Notes under the pieces: generated by a model | Told to the model about the DNA's origin: nothing | Databases searched by the model: none | The model's input: the letters and a program-made list of their open reading frames with translations, nothing else | NCBI GenBank assembly: GCA_046289975.1 | Contig: JBKBUQ010000002.1 | Span: forward strand, 1 to 61,146 | DNA length: 61,146 nucleotides | Direction: 5' to 3' | Source: Flavobacteriales bacterium | GTDB lineage: Bacteria > Bacteroidota > Bacteroidia > Flavobacteriales_D > UBA2798 | Shown: positions 27,044-36,870 of the stretch, in pieces | Numbering within the stretch: the first letter of the stretch is position 1 | How the letters are laid out: the number at the start of each line of letters is the position of its first letter | Made by a program: the position numbers and the translations under genes

Positions 27044-30000
27044 ATGAGAAGACTGTTTTTTCTAACGGGCATGCTGTTTTTATTAGCGCCATCTGTTTAT
27101 GCCAATTGGTTTCGTTATCCTGTTATTTCCCCCGATGGAAAAGAAATTGTTTTTTCCTGCAAAGGTGACCTCTGGAAGGTTTCCTCTCAGGGCGGGAGAG
27201 CAATGCAGCTGACTTCTCATTCTGCTTACGATTTTATGCCGGTATGGAGTCCCGACGGAAAACAAATCGCATTTGCATCCAATCGCTTCGGAAATTTTGA
27301 TGTTTATGTGATGTCTTCCGAAGGCGGATTTCCAAAACGTCTCACCTTCCATTCCGCAGGGGATTTTCCCTATACATTCAATCCCGAAGGAACAGCAGTC
27401 TGGTTTGGATCTGCGCGTTTGGATGATCATCGCAATGCTATGTTTCCCTCTAAAGTTTTGCATGAAGTGTATGCGGTTGCATTAAACGGAGGCAAGGAGA
27501 AAATGAAACTTACTGTTCCGGCTGAAGCATTGCAATTTTCGGGAGATGGAAAGAGAATTTTAATGCACGACCGAAAGGGGTATGAAGATCCCTGGAGAAA
27601 ACACCATACCAGCAGTGTAACCCGCGATATCGTATTGTACGATGTTGCAACTTCAACATTTACCCGTCAGGCCTCCTGGAAAGGCGAAGACCGCAATCCT
27701 GTTTGGGCAGGCGAAAAGGAATATTTTTTCCTCAGTGAAAAATCCGGTTCATTCAATATCTGGAAGGGGACCATCGGTGGAGAATCGCATCAGCAACAAT
27801 TAACTCAACACGATAAACATCCTGTTCGCTTTTTAAGCGCTTCTCAAAACGGCTTGCTTTGTTACGGATACGATGGGGAAATTTATTTGTTCGAAAATGG
27901 AAATTCAAAAAAAGTGAACATCTCGGTTCTAGCCGATCATTCCGAAAACAATGTTTCACCAATGTCGGTAAACGGGAATGTTTCTGAATACAGCCTTTCA
28001 CCCAACGGTAAGGAAATTGCATTTGTTTACCGCGGAGAAATTTATGTATCCGCTTTGGCACATTCCACAACGCGACGCATCACCAATACCCCGCAACAGG
28101 AACGCAGCGTTTCTTTTTCTCCCGACGGAAGAAAATTGGTATATGCCGCAGAACGTGCACAGAGCTGGGATATTTATGAAAGTAGTATTACCAATTCCGG
28201 TGAAAAATATTTTTACAACTGCACACATATCACCGAAAAGGCATTAAGCACGCGTCCTGAAGAAGAATTCCAGCCGGCGTATTCTCCCGATGGAAAATCG
28301 GTAGCCTTTTTGGAAGAGCGCACTACACTCAGGGTAATGGATCTTGCCACCGGCAAAATTGTTACTGCGATGGAAGGCAGTTATAATTATTCTTATTCCG
28401 ACGGCGATCAGTATTACACTTGGTCGCCCGACAGCAAGTGGTTATTGGTTGAATTTTTTGAATACGATCGCTGGGTAAGCAATGTAGGATTGGTAAGCGC
28501 ACAGGGAGGAAAAAAACCGATCAACTTAAGCAAGAGTGGCTATGGAAACGGTTCGCCAAAGTTTGCCATGGGTGGAGAAATAGTGTGCTGGACAACCGAT
28601 AAGTTTGGTTACCGTTCTCATGGTAGTTGGGGTGCAGAAGGCGATGTGGAAGCGATTTTTCTGACACGTGAAGCATGGAGAAAATATAAAGCATCGAAGT
28701 CAGAATCGGAATACGAATCGGAATTGGAAAAGGAAAAACAAAAACCCGAGGAAAAATCCGCTGAAACTTCCGCAAAAGATAAAAAGGCAGCGGAAAGCAA
28801 GGATAAAAAAGAAGAAGTAAAATCCCTGGTAATCGACGAAGAAGGTTTGCAGGATCGTCGCGCACGGTTAACGGTTCACTCTTCTCATCTTGGCGATTAT
28901 CTGCTGAATAAAGACGCGTCTCAGCTTTTTTACATGACCAGTTACGAAAAGGGGTTTGATATCTGGACTACCAAGTTTAAAGACGGAGAAACAAAACTGC
29001 TTGCAAAAGTTGGTGGCTCGCCTTCCGCAATGACATTCGATAAAGAGGAGAAATTTATTTTCTTCACAAAAAATGGTCAGCTGATGAAAGTTGAAATCAG
29101 CAACGGGACAATAACTCCTATTACTGTAGAGAGCCAATTTGAACACCGTCCTGCCGATGAGCGTGCATATATGTTTGAACACGCCTGGAGACAAACCAAA
29201 AAGAAATTTTATCTGGCAGATTTACATGGAGTGGACTGGGATTTTTACAAAAAGGAATACGGAAAGCATTTGTACCACATCAATAACGGATATGATTTTG
29301 CAGAATTGCTTGCAGAATTGTTGGGAGAAATCAACGCATCGCATACCGGGGCAACCTACAGGTATTACGATCCCAATGGCGATCAGACAGCGTCGTTAGG
29401 TTGTTTTTACGACGAAGAATACCTAGGGGAAGGGTATCGTATTGCCGAAATACTTCCGCGCAGTCCGTTACTCTCCAGCGGAAAGATTGTTCCGGGAACA
29501 CTGATCACTGAAATCGATGGAGAGCTGGTTGGCCAGGCAACGAATATTTATGCCTTACTGAATCGTAAGGTTGGCAAACCGGTTGTGGTAAGGTTTCGTT
29601 CCGGACAAAATTCCTGGACAGAAACCATTAAAGCGATTTCGCAGGGAGAGGAAAATGATCTTGCTTATCATCGCTACATTCAGCAATGCGAAAAAGAAGT
29701 GGAGAAATTATCGGGAGGAACAATCGGATATGTACATGTTCGCGGAATGGATAGTCCAAGTTTCAGAGATGTTTACGACAAAGCACTTGGGGTTATGCAT
29801 ACTAAAAAAGCACTGATTGTAGATACGCGCTTTAATGGTGGCGGATGGTTGCACGATGATTTGGCAACCTTACTTACCGGAAAAAATTATATGAATTTCG
29901 AACCGCGTGGTCAGAAAAATATGGGAGGAGAACCCATTTGGAAATGGCAAAAACCATCTTGCGTTTTAATGGGAGAAGGAAATTATTCAGACGCTCACTT

Positions 30001-30268
30001 ATTCCCGGTCACCTATCGTGCGTTGAACATCGGAAAATTAATCGGTATGCCGGTGCCCGGAACTGGAACTGCTGTTTGGTGGGAGTTTATGATTGATGGT
30101 TATACGCGTTTCGGAATACCACAGGTGGGCATGCGTAGTGTAAAGGACAATCATCTGGTAGAGAATCAGGATCTCTTACCCGATATTCAGGTGGAGAATG
30201 ATTGGAATAAAGTTACAAAAGGAATCGATGAACAGTTAGCCGCAGGCGTAAGGGAGTTGATGAAATAA
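27044..30268 (+). CDS. Tricorn-like protease homologue (TolB-type beta-propeller repeats, PDZ and S41 peptidase domains)
   Basis: It has a signal peptide and repeated SPDGK..(A/V)F propeller blades. A PDZ-like segment reads YRIAEILPRSPLLSSGKIVPGTLITEIDG. The S41 C-terminus reads ALIVDTRFNGGG...SDAHLFP. Confidence 0.8.
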   Translation: MRRLFFLTGMLFLLAPSVYANWFRYPVISPDGKEIVFSCKGDLWKVSSQGGRAMQLTSHSAYDFMPVWSPDGKQIAFASNRFGNFDVYVMSSEGGFPKRLTFHSAGDFPYTFNPEGTAVWFGSARLDDHRNAMFPSKVLHEVYAVALNGGKEKMKLTVPAEALQFSGDGKRILMHDRKGYEDPWRKHHTSSVTRDIVLYDVATSTFTRQASWKGEDRNPVWAGEKEYFFLSEKSGSFNIWKGTIGGESHQQQLTQHDKHPVRFLSASQNGLLCYGYDGEIYLFENGNSKKVNISVLADHSENNVSPMSVNGNVSEYSLSPNGKEIAFVYRGEIYVSALAHSTTRRITNTPQQERSVSFSPDGRKLVYAAERAQSWDIYESSITNSGEKYFYNCTHITEKALSTRPEEEFQPAYSPDGKSVAFLEERTTLRVMDLATGKIVTAMEGSYNYSYSDGDQYYTWSPDSKWLLVEFFEYDRWVSNVGLVSAQGGKKPINLSKSGYGNGSPKFAMGGEIVCWTTDKFGYRSHGSWGAEGDVEAIFLTREAWRKYKASKSESEYESELEKEKQKPEEKSAETSAKDKKAAESKDKKEEVKSLVIDEEGLQDRRARLTVHSSHLGDYLLNKDASQLFYMTSYEKGFDIWTTKFKDGETKLLAKVGGSPSAMTFDKEEKFIFFTKNGQLMKVEISNGTITPITVESQFEHRPADERAYMFEHAWRQTKKKFYLADLHGVDWDFYKKEYGKHLYHINNGYDFAELLAELLGEINASHTGATYRYYDPNGDQTASLGCFYDEEYLGEGYRIAEILPRSPLLSSGKIVPGTLITEIDGELVGQATNIYALLNRKVGKPVVVRFRSGQNSWTETIKAISQGEENDLAYHRYIQQCEKEVEKLSGGTIGYVHVRGMDSPSFRDVYDKALGVMHTKKALIVDTRFNGGGWLHDDLATLLTGKNYMNFEPRGQKNMGGEPIWKWQKPSCVLMGEGNYSDAHLFPVTYRALNIGKLIGMPVPGTGTAVWWEFMIDGYTRFGIPQVGMRSVKDNHLVENQDLLPDIQVENDWNKVTKGIDEQLAAGVRELMK

Positions 30269-30282
30269 CTACCGATAAAAAG

Positions 30283-30313
30283 AAAACCCCGAAGGATAGC
30301 TTCGGGGTTTTTT
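30283..30313. terminator. Hairpin terminator between convergent genes
   Basis: AAAACCCCGAAggatagcTTCGGGGTTTTTTATT, with A-rich and T-rich flanks on the two sides. Confidence 0.75.
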
Positions 30314-30341
30314 ATTGAGGAGTAATAATCCGCGGTTCAAG

Positions 30342-32060
30342 TTATTCTTTCACAATTTTCACTGTAGAACCGTTTTCTGTTCTCAGGAAATAAATACCGG
30401 AAGTAAGTGAACTGATGTCGATTTGTGTTTGCAACACCACTCCGGTTTGCAACACCACTTCTCCCATCAGATTCAGTAATACAATTGCAGATGGTGATTG
30501 AAGCACAACATTGATCTGTGCCATCGCGGGATTAGGAAAAACAGCAATGCGTTCCTGTGCAGCAATTTCATTTACACTTACAGGAACATTTACAATGCCG
30601 GAAGTGTAGCTGCATCCAAAGGAATTGGTAAGTACCAGAGTGTAGTTTCCATTTACAATAGCCGTATAAGATGATGATGTAGCACCCGGTATATTGATCC
30701 CGTTGAATTGCCATTGGTAACTGTCGCCTGCATTTTGTGGTGTAGATAAAACAACTCCATTCAGATTAACAGCCGGAACAAAAGTGTTTCCGCAATAAAC
30801 AGCGGTGAGGGAAGCCGACATGGTCTGACAACCTCCCGGAGAGATTGCTGCCACCTGGTAATTTCCGGATTGTGGAACCAGATAAGTTGCAGCATTCGCA
30901 CCCGGAATCAGCGTTCCTTCGAAATACCATTGCAATGCATATTGAACAGAGTCGGTGCTCAAGGTGTGTGCAAGTGAATCGTAAACGATATTGGGCACAC
31001 CGGGGTATGGAAAAACACGGACGGTATCGGTGGATTGTACACTTGGAATTGGTGGAATCAATATGTTATTTACTATATAACTTACGGTGGAATTGGATCC
31101 CGCCGCACATCCTGTACAACCGGAAAGGCTCATGGTGTGAGATCCAATCAGATCATCTCCGCCGTAAATGATTTCGTAATCATCTTCATCAAAAACTTCG
31201 AGCACATAGGTTTTGGCAGGATCCATCTGAATACTCACCGGCCAGGTATGGGGAGGAAAGGCATCCTGAATGTAATTCGACTGATGAATCACAACGCCAT
31301 TCTCCTTGATTTTGAAATAGGGGTCAGGATTCAATTCCGTTGGCCATCCCCAGGAGAATGCAGTTGAAATGGAATTGATGGTGACTTGTGTAAGATTATA
31401 AACCTGTACGGTGGTGTTGTCGGCATAACCCGCATACTGCACAACATAATTTCCCGGCTGATTGTAGATTTGCGGACCAGGATTTTCCAATGTGCTGGTG
31501 TTGCCATTTCCGAAGTTCCAACTGTAAGTTGCAAGTCCGGGATTGTTATTGGTAAAATTCACTGTTATCGGCACACAGCCGGTGCTGTTTGTCATGCTGA
31601 AACCGTTGTTGTTGGAAGATGTGTTGGGAGGAAGAATTTCGATGTAGGATTCAAAAGATACCGGATATCCGCTTACGATATTCAGGTCGGCAATAACGGT
31701 TACGGTAATCGGGTACTGTCCTGCAAGCAGAGGGGTTCCATACACATTTACACAACCGTGTACGCTAACTGCAGGATTGTAATTACACCCGTTGGCCTGG
31801 TTGCTGCATTGCCAGTTTAATCCAATTGGAAGAGAAATGGAAACTATATGGAAATTCAGGAAGGTATATCCCATAGTGTCTGTAGGAAGAACAAACTGAA
31901 TGTCTTCGCTGTAAGGCTGACCCACATAACCGGAGGGTAGCGTATCAGGATAAATTCCCGGAGCGGTTAAGGAGTAATCGACGGTGCAGGTTTGAGCAAA
32001 TGCATTTGTTGCTCCAAGCGCAATTGACAGCACGGAAAAAATGCGTAGAAGTGTTTTCAT
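30342..32060 (-). CDS. T9SS type-A sorting-domain protein with a PKD-like domain
   Basis: It has a signal peptide and a PKD-like segment CVPITVNFTNNNPGLATYSWNFGNGNTS. The C-terminus FPNPAMAQINVVL...LTSGIYFLRTENGSTVKIVKE is a Por secretion tail. Confidence 0.75.
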   Translation of the reverse strand: MKTLLRIFSVLSIALGATNAFAQTCTVDYSLTAPGIYPDTLPSGYVGQPYSEDIQFVLPTDTMGYTFLNFHIVSISLPIGLNWQCSNQANGCNYNPAVSVHGCVNVYGTPLLAGQYPITVTVIADLNIVSGYPVSFESYIEILPPNTSSNNNGFSMTNSTGCVPITVNFTNNNPGLATYSWNFGNGNTSTLENPGPQIYNQPGNYVVQYAGYADNTTVQVYNLTQVTINSISTAFSWGWPTELNPDPYFKIKENGVVIHQSNYIQDAFPPHTWPVSIQMDPAKTYVLEVFDEDDYEIIYGGDDLIGSHTMSLSGCTGCAAGSNSTVSYIVNNILIPPIPSVQSTDTVRVFPYPGVPNIVYDSLAHTLSTDSVQYALQWYFEGTLIPGANAATYLVPQSGNYQVAAISPGGCQTMSASLTAVYCGNTFVPAVNLNGVVLSTPQNAGDSYQWQFNGINIPGATSSSYTAIVNGNYTLVLTNSFGCSYTSGIVNVPVSVNEIAAQERIAVFPNPAMAQINVVLQSPSAIVLLNLMGEVVLQTGVVLQTQIDISSLTSGIYFLRTENGSTVKIVKE

Positions 32061-32178
32061 CTTCGGTTTGATTGGAAAAGTAATTTACAAAATTTCCGTT
32101 ATGAAAAAAGAAAGGATGGGGAAAATCTGACGAAAGGAGAATGTAGTTTGGTAAAACGCTGAATTTCACAAGCGATGT

Positions 32179-32784
32179 TTACTCATAAAAATGCATTTCC
32201 TCAATATAACGCTGTACAGGATCGGTGAGGAGGTAGCGGATATCTTTTTTGTCCTTGATCGCTTTTCGGATAAATGAACTTGAGACTTTCATTACCGGAG
32301 CATCGCACATAATAACATGCGGATGTTTTTTATAGGGACTTTCAAGATGATAGTCACGCAGTTCATCAAGTTCCTGCTCGGTGAGTACGCGCGGATACAC
32401 ATACAGTTTGTGGTGCTGAAGAATCTGCTCATGGTTTTTCCATTTGTGCAGGGTTCGCAAATTGTCTTCTCCCATAATGAGAGAAAATTGATGCTGCGGA
32501 TATTTTTCACGCAAATAGGCAAGTGTATGAACCGTGTATGAAGGTTTGGGTAGATTGAATTCAATATCCGAAACGGAAAGGTTCTCGTTATCCTCAATCG
32601 CAATTTTCACCAATGCCAAACGGTGAATATCGGCAAGCAAGGTGTTTTTTTCCTTCATTGGATTTTGAGGCGATACGATGAGCCAAACTTTATCCAGATC
32701 AGTGTAATCGGCCATGTAGTTGGCAATGATGAGATGCCCTACATGAATAGGATTAAACGTTCCGAAATACAAACCAATTTCCAT
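32179..32784 (-). CDS. nadD: Nicotinate-nucleotide adenylyltransferase
   Basis: GLYFGTFNPIHVGHL (the HxGH motif) and VSSSFIRKAI (ISSTxxR-type). Confidence 0.9.
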   Translation of the reverse strand: MEIGLYFGTFNPIHVGHLIIANYMADYTDLDKVWLIVSPQNPMKEKNTLLADIHRLALVKIAIEDNENLSVSDIEFNLPKPSYTVHTLAYLREKYPQHQFSLIMGEDNLRTLHKWKNHEQILQHHKLYVYPRVLTEQELDELRDYHLESPYKKHPHVIMCDAPVMKVSSSFIRKAIKDKKDIRYLLTDPVQRYIEEMHFYE

Positions 32785-32786
32785 AA

Positions 32787-33368
32787 TCAGGAATTCAGGA
32801 ATTGTTTCACGACTTGTTCCGCTTCGGCAATGGCGCGTTGCAAATCGTCATTTAGCAGGATATGATCAAATTTTTCGGCATAACCCATTTCATTTTCTGC
32901 TTTGGCCATTCTGCGTGCAATGCTTTCCGGGGTTTCAGTCGAACGTGTTTTCAGTCGCGCTTCCAAATGGGCAATGCTGGGCGCTTTTACAAAAACGGAT
33001 AATGCGTTTGGACCAAAAATCTTTTTCAGATTGATTCCCCCAACTACGTCTACATCAAAAATAACGTGATGACCTTTTTTCCAAATGCGCTCAATTTCCG
33101 ATTGCAGCGTGCCGTAGAAATGATCCGTGTACACTTCTTCCCACTCCAGGAATTCATTGTTGGCAATCTTTTTTCTGAATTCTTCCACACTCAGAAAATA
33201 ATAATCAACGCCGTTCGCTTCTCCCTTTCTCATCGCTCTGCTGCATGCCGATACCGAGAATTCGAGTCCGAGATTACAGCTTAACAAATGATGTACAATA
33301 GTTGTTTTTCCTGCACCGGATGGAGCAGAAAAAATGACCGCTTTTCCTTGTGTTTTATCAGAGTACAT
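32787..33368 (-). CDS. gmk: Guanylate kinase
   Basis: FSAPSGAGKTT P-loop, SCTSR-like SACSRAMRKGE, and VDYYFLSVEEF. Confidence 0.95.
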   Translation of the reverse strand: MYSDKTQGKAVIFSAPSGAGKTTIVHHLLSCNLGLEFSVSACSRAMRKGEANGVDYYFLSVEEFRKKIANNEFLEWEEVYTDHFYGTLQSEIERIWKKGHHVIFDVDVVGGINLKKIFGPNALSVFVKAPSIAHLEARLKTRSTETPESIARRMAKAENEMGYAEKFDHILLNDDLQRAIAEAEQVVKQFLNS

Positions 33369-34230
33369 TTAATACCTGCTCCTTAATTTTTTCCAGTTCA
33401 TCTTTCATCAGTACGACAATCTTCTGCATGGATGCATGATTGCTTTTCGATCCGAGTGTATTGATCTCTCTCCCCATTTCCTGAGCAATGAATCCGAGTT
33501 TTCTTCCGGATTGATCATCTGCGTTCATGGTTTCGGTGAAATAGGTACAATGGGTATGTAAGCGCATTTTTTCTTCGCTCACATCCAATCGCTCAAGGTA
33601 ATAGATCAGCTCTTGTTCAAAGCGGTTTTTGTCAACGATTTCCGGATTGACATTTTCCTCCAGTGTTTTGCGCAGTTTTGTTTTTACTGTTTCCATGCGC
33701 TCTTTTTCGAAAGGCTCCACCAAAACGAGTTGCTCCAGAATGATGGCGACACGTTTGTTAAGTTCTTCCTGTAATTTTGATCCTTCTGCAAGGCGAAAAG
33801 ATTTGAAATTCTTTAACGCTTCGTCTGCAATTGAAAGAATGGTTTTCCACTCGTTTTCATCGACCTCTTTCTTTTCTGTTGTAACAACATCGGGCAAACG
33901 CAGAATGTGACCAAGAATTTCTCCCTCCGGAAGATCCAGTTCGCTGCACAATTTTTTGAGGTCGGAGTAATAGGCTGCTGCAAGCTGATGATTGATGGAA
34001 TGCAGCTTTTCTTCACCCATGTCCTCGTAATACACTGCCACATCCACTTTTCCGCGTTCAACTACTGCAGCGATGCGCGATTTCAATTCCATTTCCTTCT
34101 CCTTGTATTTCGAAGGCATGCGAAGATTCAAATCCAGCTGTTTGCTGTTTAAGGAACGTACTTCTACATTGATTTTTTTGGAACCGTAAGCTCCGGTGGC
34201 TTTACCGAAACCGGTCATGGATAGGATCAT
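33358..34230 (-). CDS. yicC: YicC-family stress-induced protein
   Basis: MILSMTGFGKA...VEVRSLNSKQLDL... and the C-terminal EMGREINTLGSKSN...MKDELEKIKEQVLNV. Confidence 0.9.
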   Translation of the reverse strand: MILSMTGFGKATGAYGSKKINVEVRSLNSKQLDLNLRMPSKYKEKEMELKSRIAAVVERGKVDVAVYYEDMGEEKLHSINHQLAAAYYSDLKKLCSELDLPEGEILGHILRLPDVVTTEKKEVDENEWKTILSIADEALKNFKSFRLAEGSKLQEELNKRVAIILEQLVLVEPFEKERMETVKTKLRKTLEENVNPEIVDKNRFEQELIYYLERLDVSEEKMRLHTHCTYFTETMNADDQSGRKLGFIAQEMGREINTLGSKSNHASMQKIVVLMKDELEKIKEQVLNVL

Positions 34231-34278
34231 AGAGAGAATGATTTGTTCAAAGAAACGAAATTTTATTGCAGAATGAAT

Positions 34279-35178
34279 TTATTGGGTCTTCGTCGAAAGA
34301 GCCGCAGATGTGTTCACAAGATACACTCCAATAAAAATCAAAGCCGTGGAGCCGATTTTTACGGCGTCAAGCTGATCTTTTCCGAGCACAACGGCCACCA
34401 TTGCTGCCAATGCAGGTTGCAGGTAAATATAGGCGCTTACAACACCCGGACTCAAGGTCACAAGTCCATAAGTGTTTAACAAATAAGCCAGGAAGGTTGT
34501 TCCTGCTACTACAAATACAACGGCCCAAACCGCATTGCTGGTGAAGCTAGACCACTCAATGGCAAAAAACTGCTCTGTTCCAAATGGTAGTACTGGAATC
34601 AAACCGTATAGAAAAACCCATTTCATTACTGTAACAGGCTTGTATTTTTTCATCAGTGGTTTTACCAGTACAAGATAAACAGCATACGAACAGGCATTCA
34701 GAAATGTAATGAAATCGCCAAAGAGATCGCCGCTTACGGAATTGTTTACCGGCTTTACCACAAGAAGAATCACGGCTCCTGCTAATCCGATGAATAATCC
34801 TGCACCACGCTTCGTGCTTATGCCTTCCTTAAGAAGTATTCCGGCGATTATGGTCACCAGCAAGGGGGTGGTCACCATAATGATGGAGGAGTTGATGGGA
34901 GAAGTCAATGATAACCCCCAGAAGAACAACATCTGGTTGATGCCAACACCTGTGAGTCCGCACAACAATAGCCGACGGTGATCTTCTTTTGCTACTTTTT
35001 CATTGACAAAAAGAAGAGCGGTTGTCCAAACCAGTGCAATGGTTCCGGCAACACGCAGAAGAATGAATCCGAAGGGTTGAATGTAAGTCCCCATTACCTC
35101 TTTTGCAACGGTATAATTGATACCGTATATGAGATTGGCAATTAAGATGGCGAAATGACCCAGTAGTGAACGCGACAT
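34279..35178 (-). CDS. EamA/DMT-family transporter
   Basis: It is about ten TM helices long, with duplicated EamA halves and a typical YGINYTVAKEV start. Confidence 0.85.
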   Translation of the reverse strand: MSRSLLGHFAILIANLIYGINYTVAKEVMGTYIQPFGFILLRVAGTIALVWTTALLFVNEKVAKEDHRRLLLCGLTGVGINQMLFFWGLSLTSPINSSIIMVTTPLLVTIIAGILLKEGISTKRGAGLFIGLAGAVILLVVKPVNNSVSGDLFGDFITFLNACSYAVYLVLVKPLMKKYKPVTVMKWVFLYGLIPVLPFGTEQFFAIEWSSFTSNAVWAVVFVVAGTTFLAYLLNTYGLVTLSPGVVSAYIYLQPALAAMVAVVLGKDQLDAVKIGSTALIFIGVYLVNTSAALSTKTQ

Positions 35179-35180
35179 AT

Positions 35181-35534
35181 TCAGCCGCGAAGATAATCTT
35201 TTGCGTCCTCAATTACTTTTCTGGAATTACCGATGAAAATTTTGTCGTTACATATAATCACAGGCCTACGTAAAAAAGTATATTCAGAGAGAATGTAATA
35301 TTTACGTTGTTCATCATTTAGTTCAATTTTATCTAAACCTAGAGCCCTGTATTTCATTGCAATTCTACTAAAAATCGCCTCATACGATCCGGCCAGCTTC
35401 GCCATTTCATCAACTTGCGTTTCCGTAAGGGTTTCCGATTTGATGTCCTGTAATACCACGTCAGCCCCCGGTTTTAGTTCAGAAAGGATGCGTTTACAGG
35501 TACTGCAGGTGGATAAGTGGTAGATTTTTTTCAT
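35181..35534 (-). CDS. ArsC/Spx-family (YffB-like) protein
   Basis: MKKIYHLSTCSTCKRI...TFLRRPVI. The start is placed at the internal Met. Confidence 0.8.
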   Translation of the reverse strand: MKKIYHLSTCSTCKRILSELKPGADVVLQDIKSETLTETQVDEMAKLAGSYEAIFSRIAMKYRALGLDKIELNDEQRKYYILSEYTFLRRPVIICNDKIFIGNSRKVIEDAKDYLRG

Positions 35535-35584
35535 CTTTCGAAAGAATAGTCTACTTCTGAACAAACAAGATAGCGAAAAGGTTC

Positions 35585-36784
35585 ATGGCATCCGCTCCAA
35601 GCATCAAAAAAACATTTTCCCGCTGGCGTATTATGCTGCCTTTGCTGCTGGGCCTTGCGGTTGCTTTTTGGATGGTGCGTAATGCAGTAGCAGAAGAGAA
35701 ATTTGTTGAAAGCCAAACGGGGAATTATATCTGGACCGATACCAATCGTAACGGAATCGTTGATTTCAGCAATGCCGCCGATTTTTCGCAGGTTGCCGAG
35801 GGAGGAAATTTCCGAAGAATTTCGTTCGCCGAAAGTTGGCGATCGATACATTGGACATGGTATTCTTCCTTGTGTATTCTTCTTGCCTGCTTAATGATGG
35901 TGGTGCGCGATGCTGCATACATGTGGCGTATTCGAATCCTTACCGATAAGGAATTATCCTGGAGGCAATCGTTCAGGGTAATTATGGTTTGGGAATTTGC
36001 TTCGGCCATGACACCCGGTGTTGTTGGCGGTGCGGCTGTGGCGATGTTTATCCTGAACAGGGAAAAGATCAATATAGGGCGTTCAACAGCACTGGTCCTG
36101 ATCACGGCATTACTGGATGAGCTTTTTTACATTCTTATCGTGCCTGTTTTAATTCTCATTGCCGGAAGTGCATCCTTATTTCCGGTAGAATTCACCGGTA
36201 ATTTTTTGGGAATGGAATTTGGTGTGTTGGAAGTGTTCTGGATTGCGTTTGGAATTATCGCTGTCATAACCTTATTACTCTTTGCCGGAATTTTTATTAT
36301 CCCACAGGGATTGCGATCGCTCTTGTTGTTTTTTTGCAGGCTTCCTTTTTTGCGTCGTTTGAAAAAAAAAGCAGAACGCACAGGAAACGATATCGTCATT
36401 GCTTCTTCTGATTTAAGAGGCAAATCCCGATCCTTTTGGTTACAGGCATTTTTGGCCACGGTAATTTCGTGGACAGGTCGTTTTCTGGTCATCAACTTTT
36501 TGATCATGGCCTTCGCTCCTATGGCCGATCAGTTTATTGTTTTTGCCCGACAACTCAGCATGTGGGTGTTGTTGATGGTGAGTCCCACCCCCGGAGGCAG
36601 TGGTATTGCGGAGTTCGCATTCTCAGGATTTCTTGCGGAGTTTGTGCCCTTTGGTCTGGCCGGAATGCTTGCAGTGTTATGGCGCTTAATCAGTTATTAT
36701 CCGTATCTGCTTATTGGCGCTATGGTTATTCCGGGTTGGTTGTCGCATACCAGCGATACCCTTGCTCCGCCCCGTAAGCCCTAA
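35585..36784 (+). CDS. Flippase-like (UPF0104 / lysyl-phosphatidylglycerol-synthase TM-region family) membrane protein
   Basis: It is polytopic, with a conserved PTPGGSGIAEFAF segment near the C-terminus. Confidence 0.7.
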   Translation: MASAPSIKKTFSRWRIMLPLLLGLAVAFWMVRNAVAEEKFVESQTGNYIWTDTNRNGIVDFSNAADFSQVAEGGNFRRISFAESWRSIHWTWYSSLCILLACLMMVVRDAAYMWRIRILTDKELSWRQSFRVIMVWEFASAMTPGVVGGAAVAMFILNREKINIGRSTALVLITALLDELFYILIVPVLILIAGSASLFPVEFTGNFLGMEFGVLEVFWIAFGIIAVITLLLFAGIFIIPQGLRSLLLFFCRLPFLRRLKKKAERTGNDIVIASSDLRGKSRSFWLQAFLATVISWTGRFLVINFLIMAFAPMADQFIVFARQLSMWVLLMVSPTPGGSGIAEFAFSGFLAEFVPFGLAGMLAVLWRLISYYPYLLIGAMVIPGWLSHTSDTLAPPRKP

Positions 36785-36870
36785 AGGAATACACGCCGCT
36801 CTTTTTCAGTTTCTGCCACTTTACTTTCGGAAAACAGGTAATAGTCGAACGAATTCTATAATTTCGCCAT

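Noticed and set aside
36785-36870. A possible SAM or other riboswitch upstream of the Cys/Met PLP enzyme gene
   Set aside because: The spacer is only about 86 nt and shows none of the conserved SAM-I/SAM-II helices. It is too short for a riboswitch plus expression platform.
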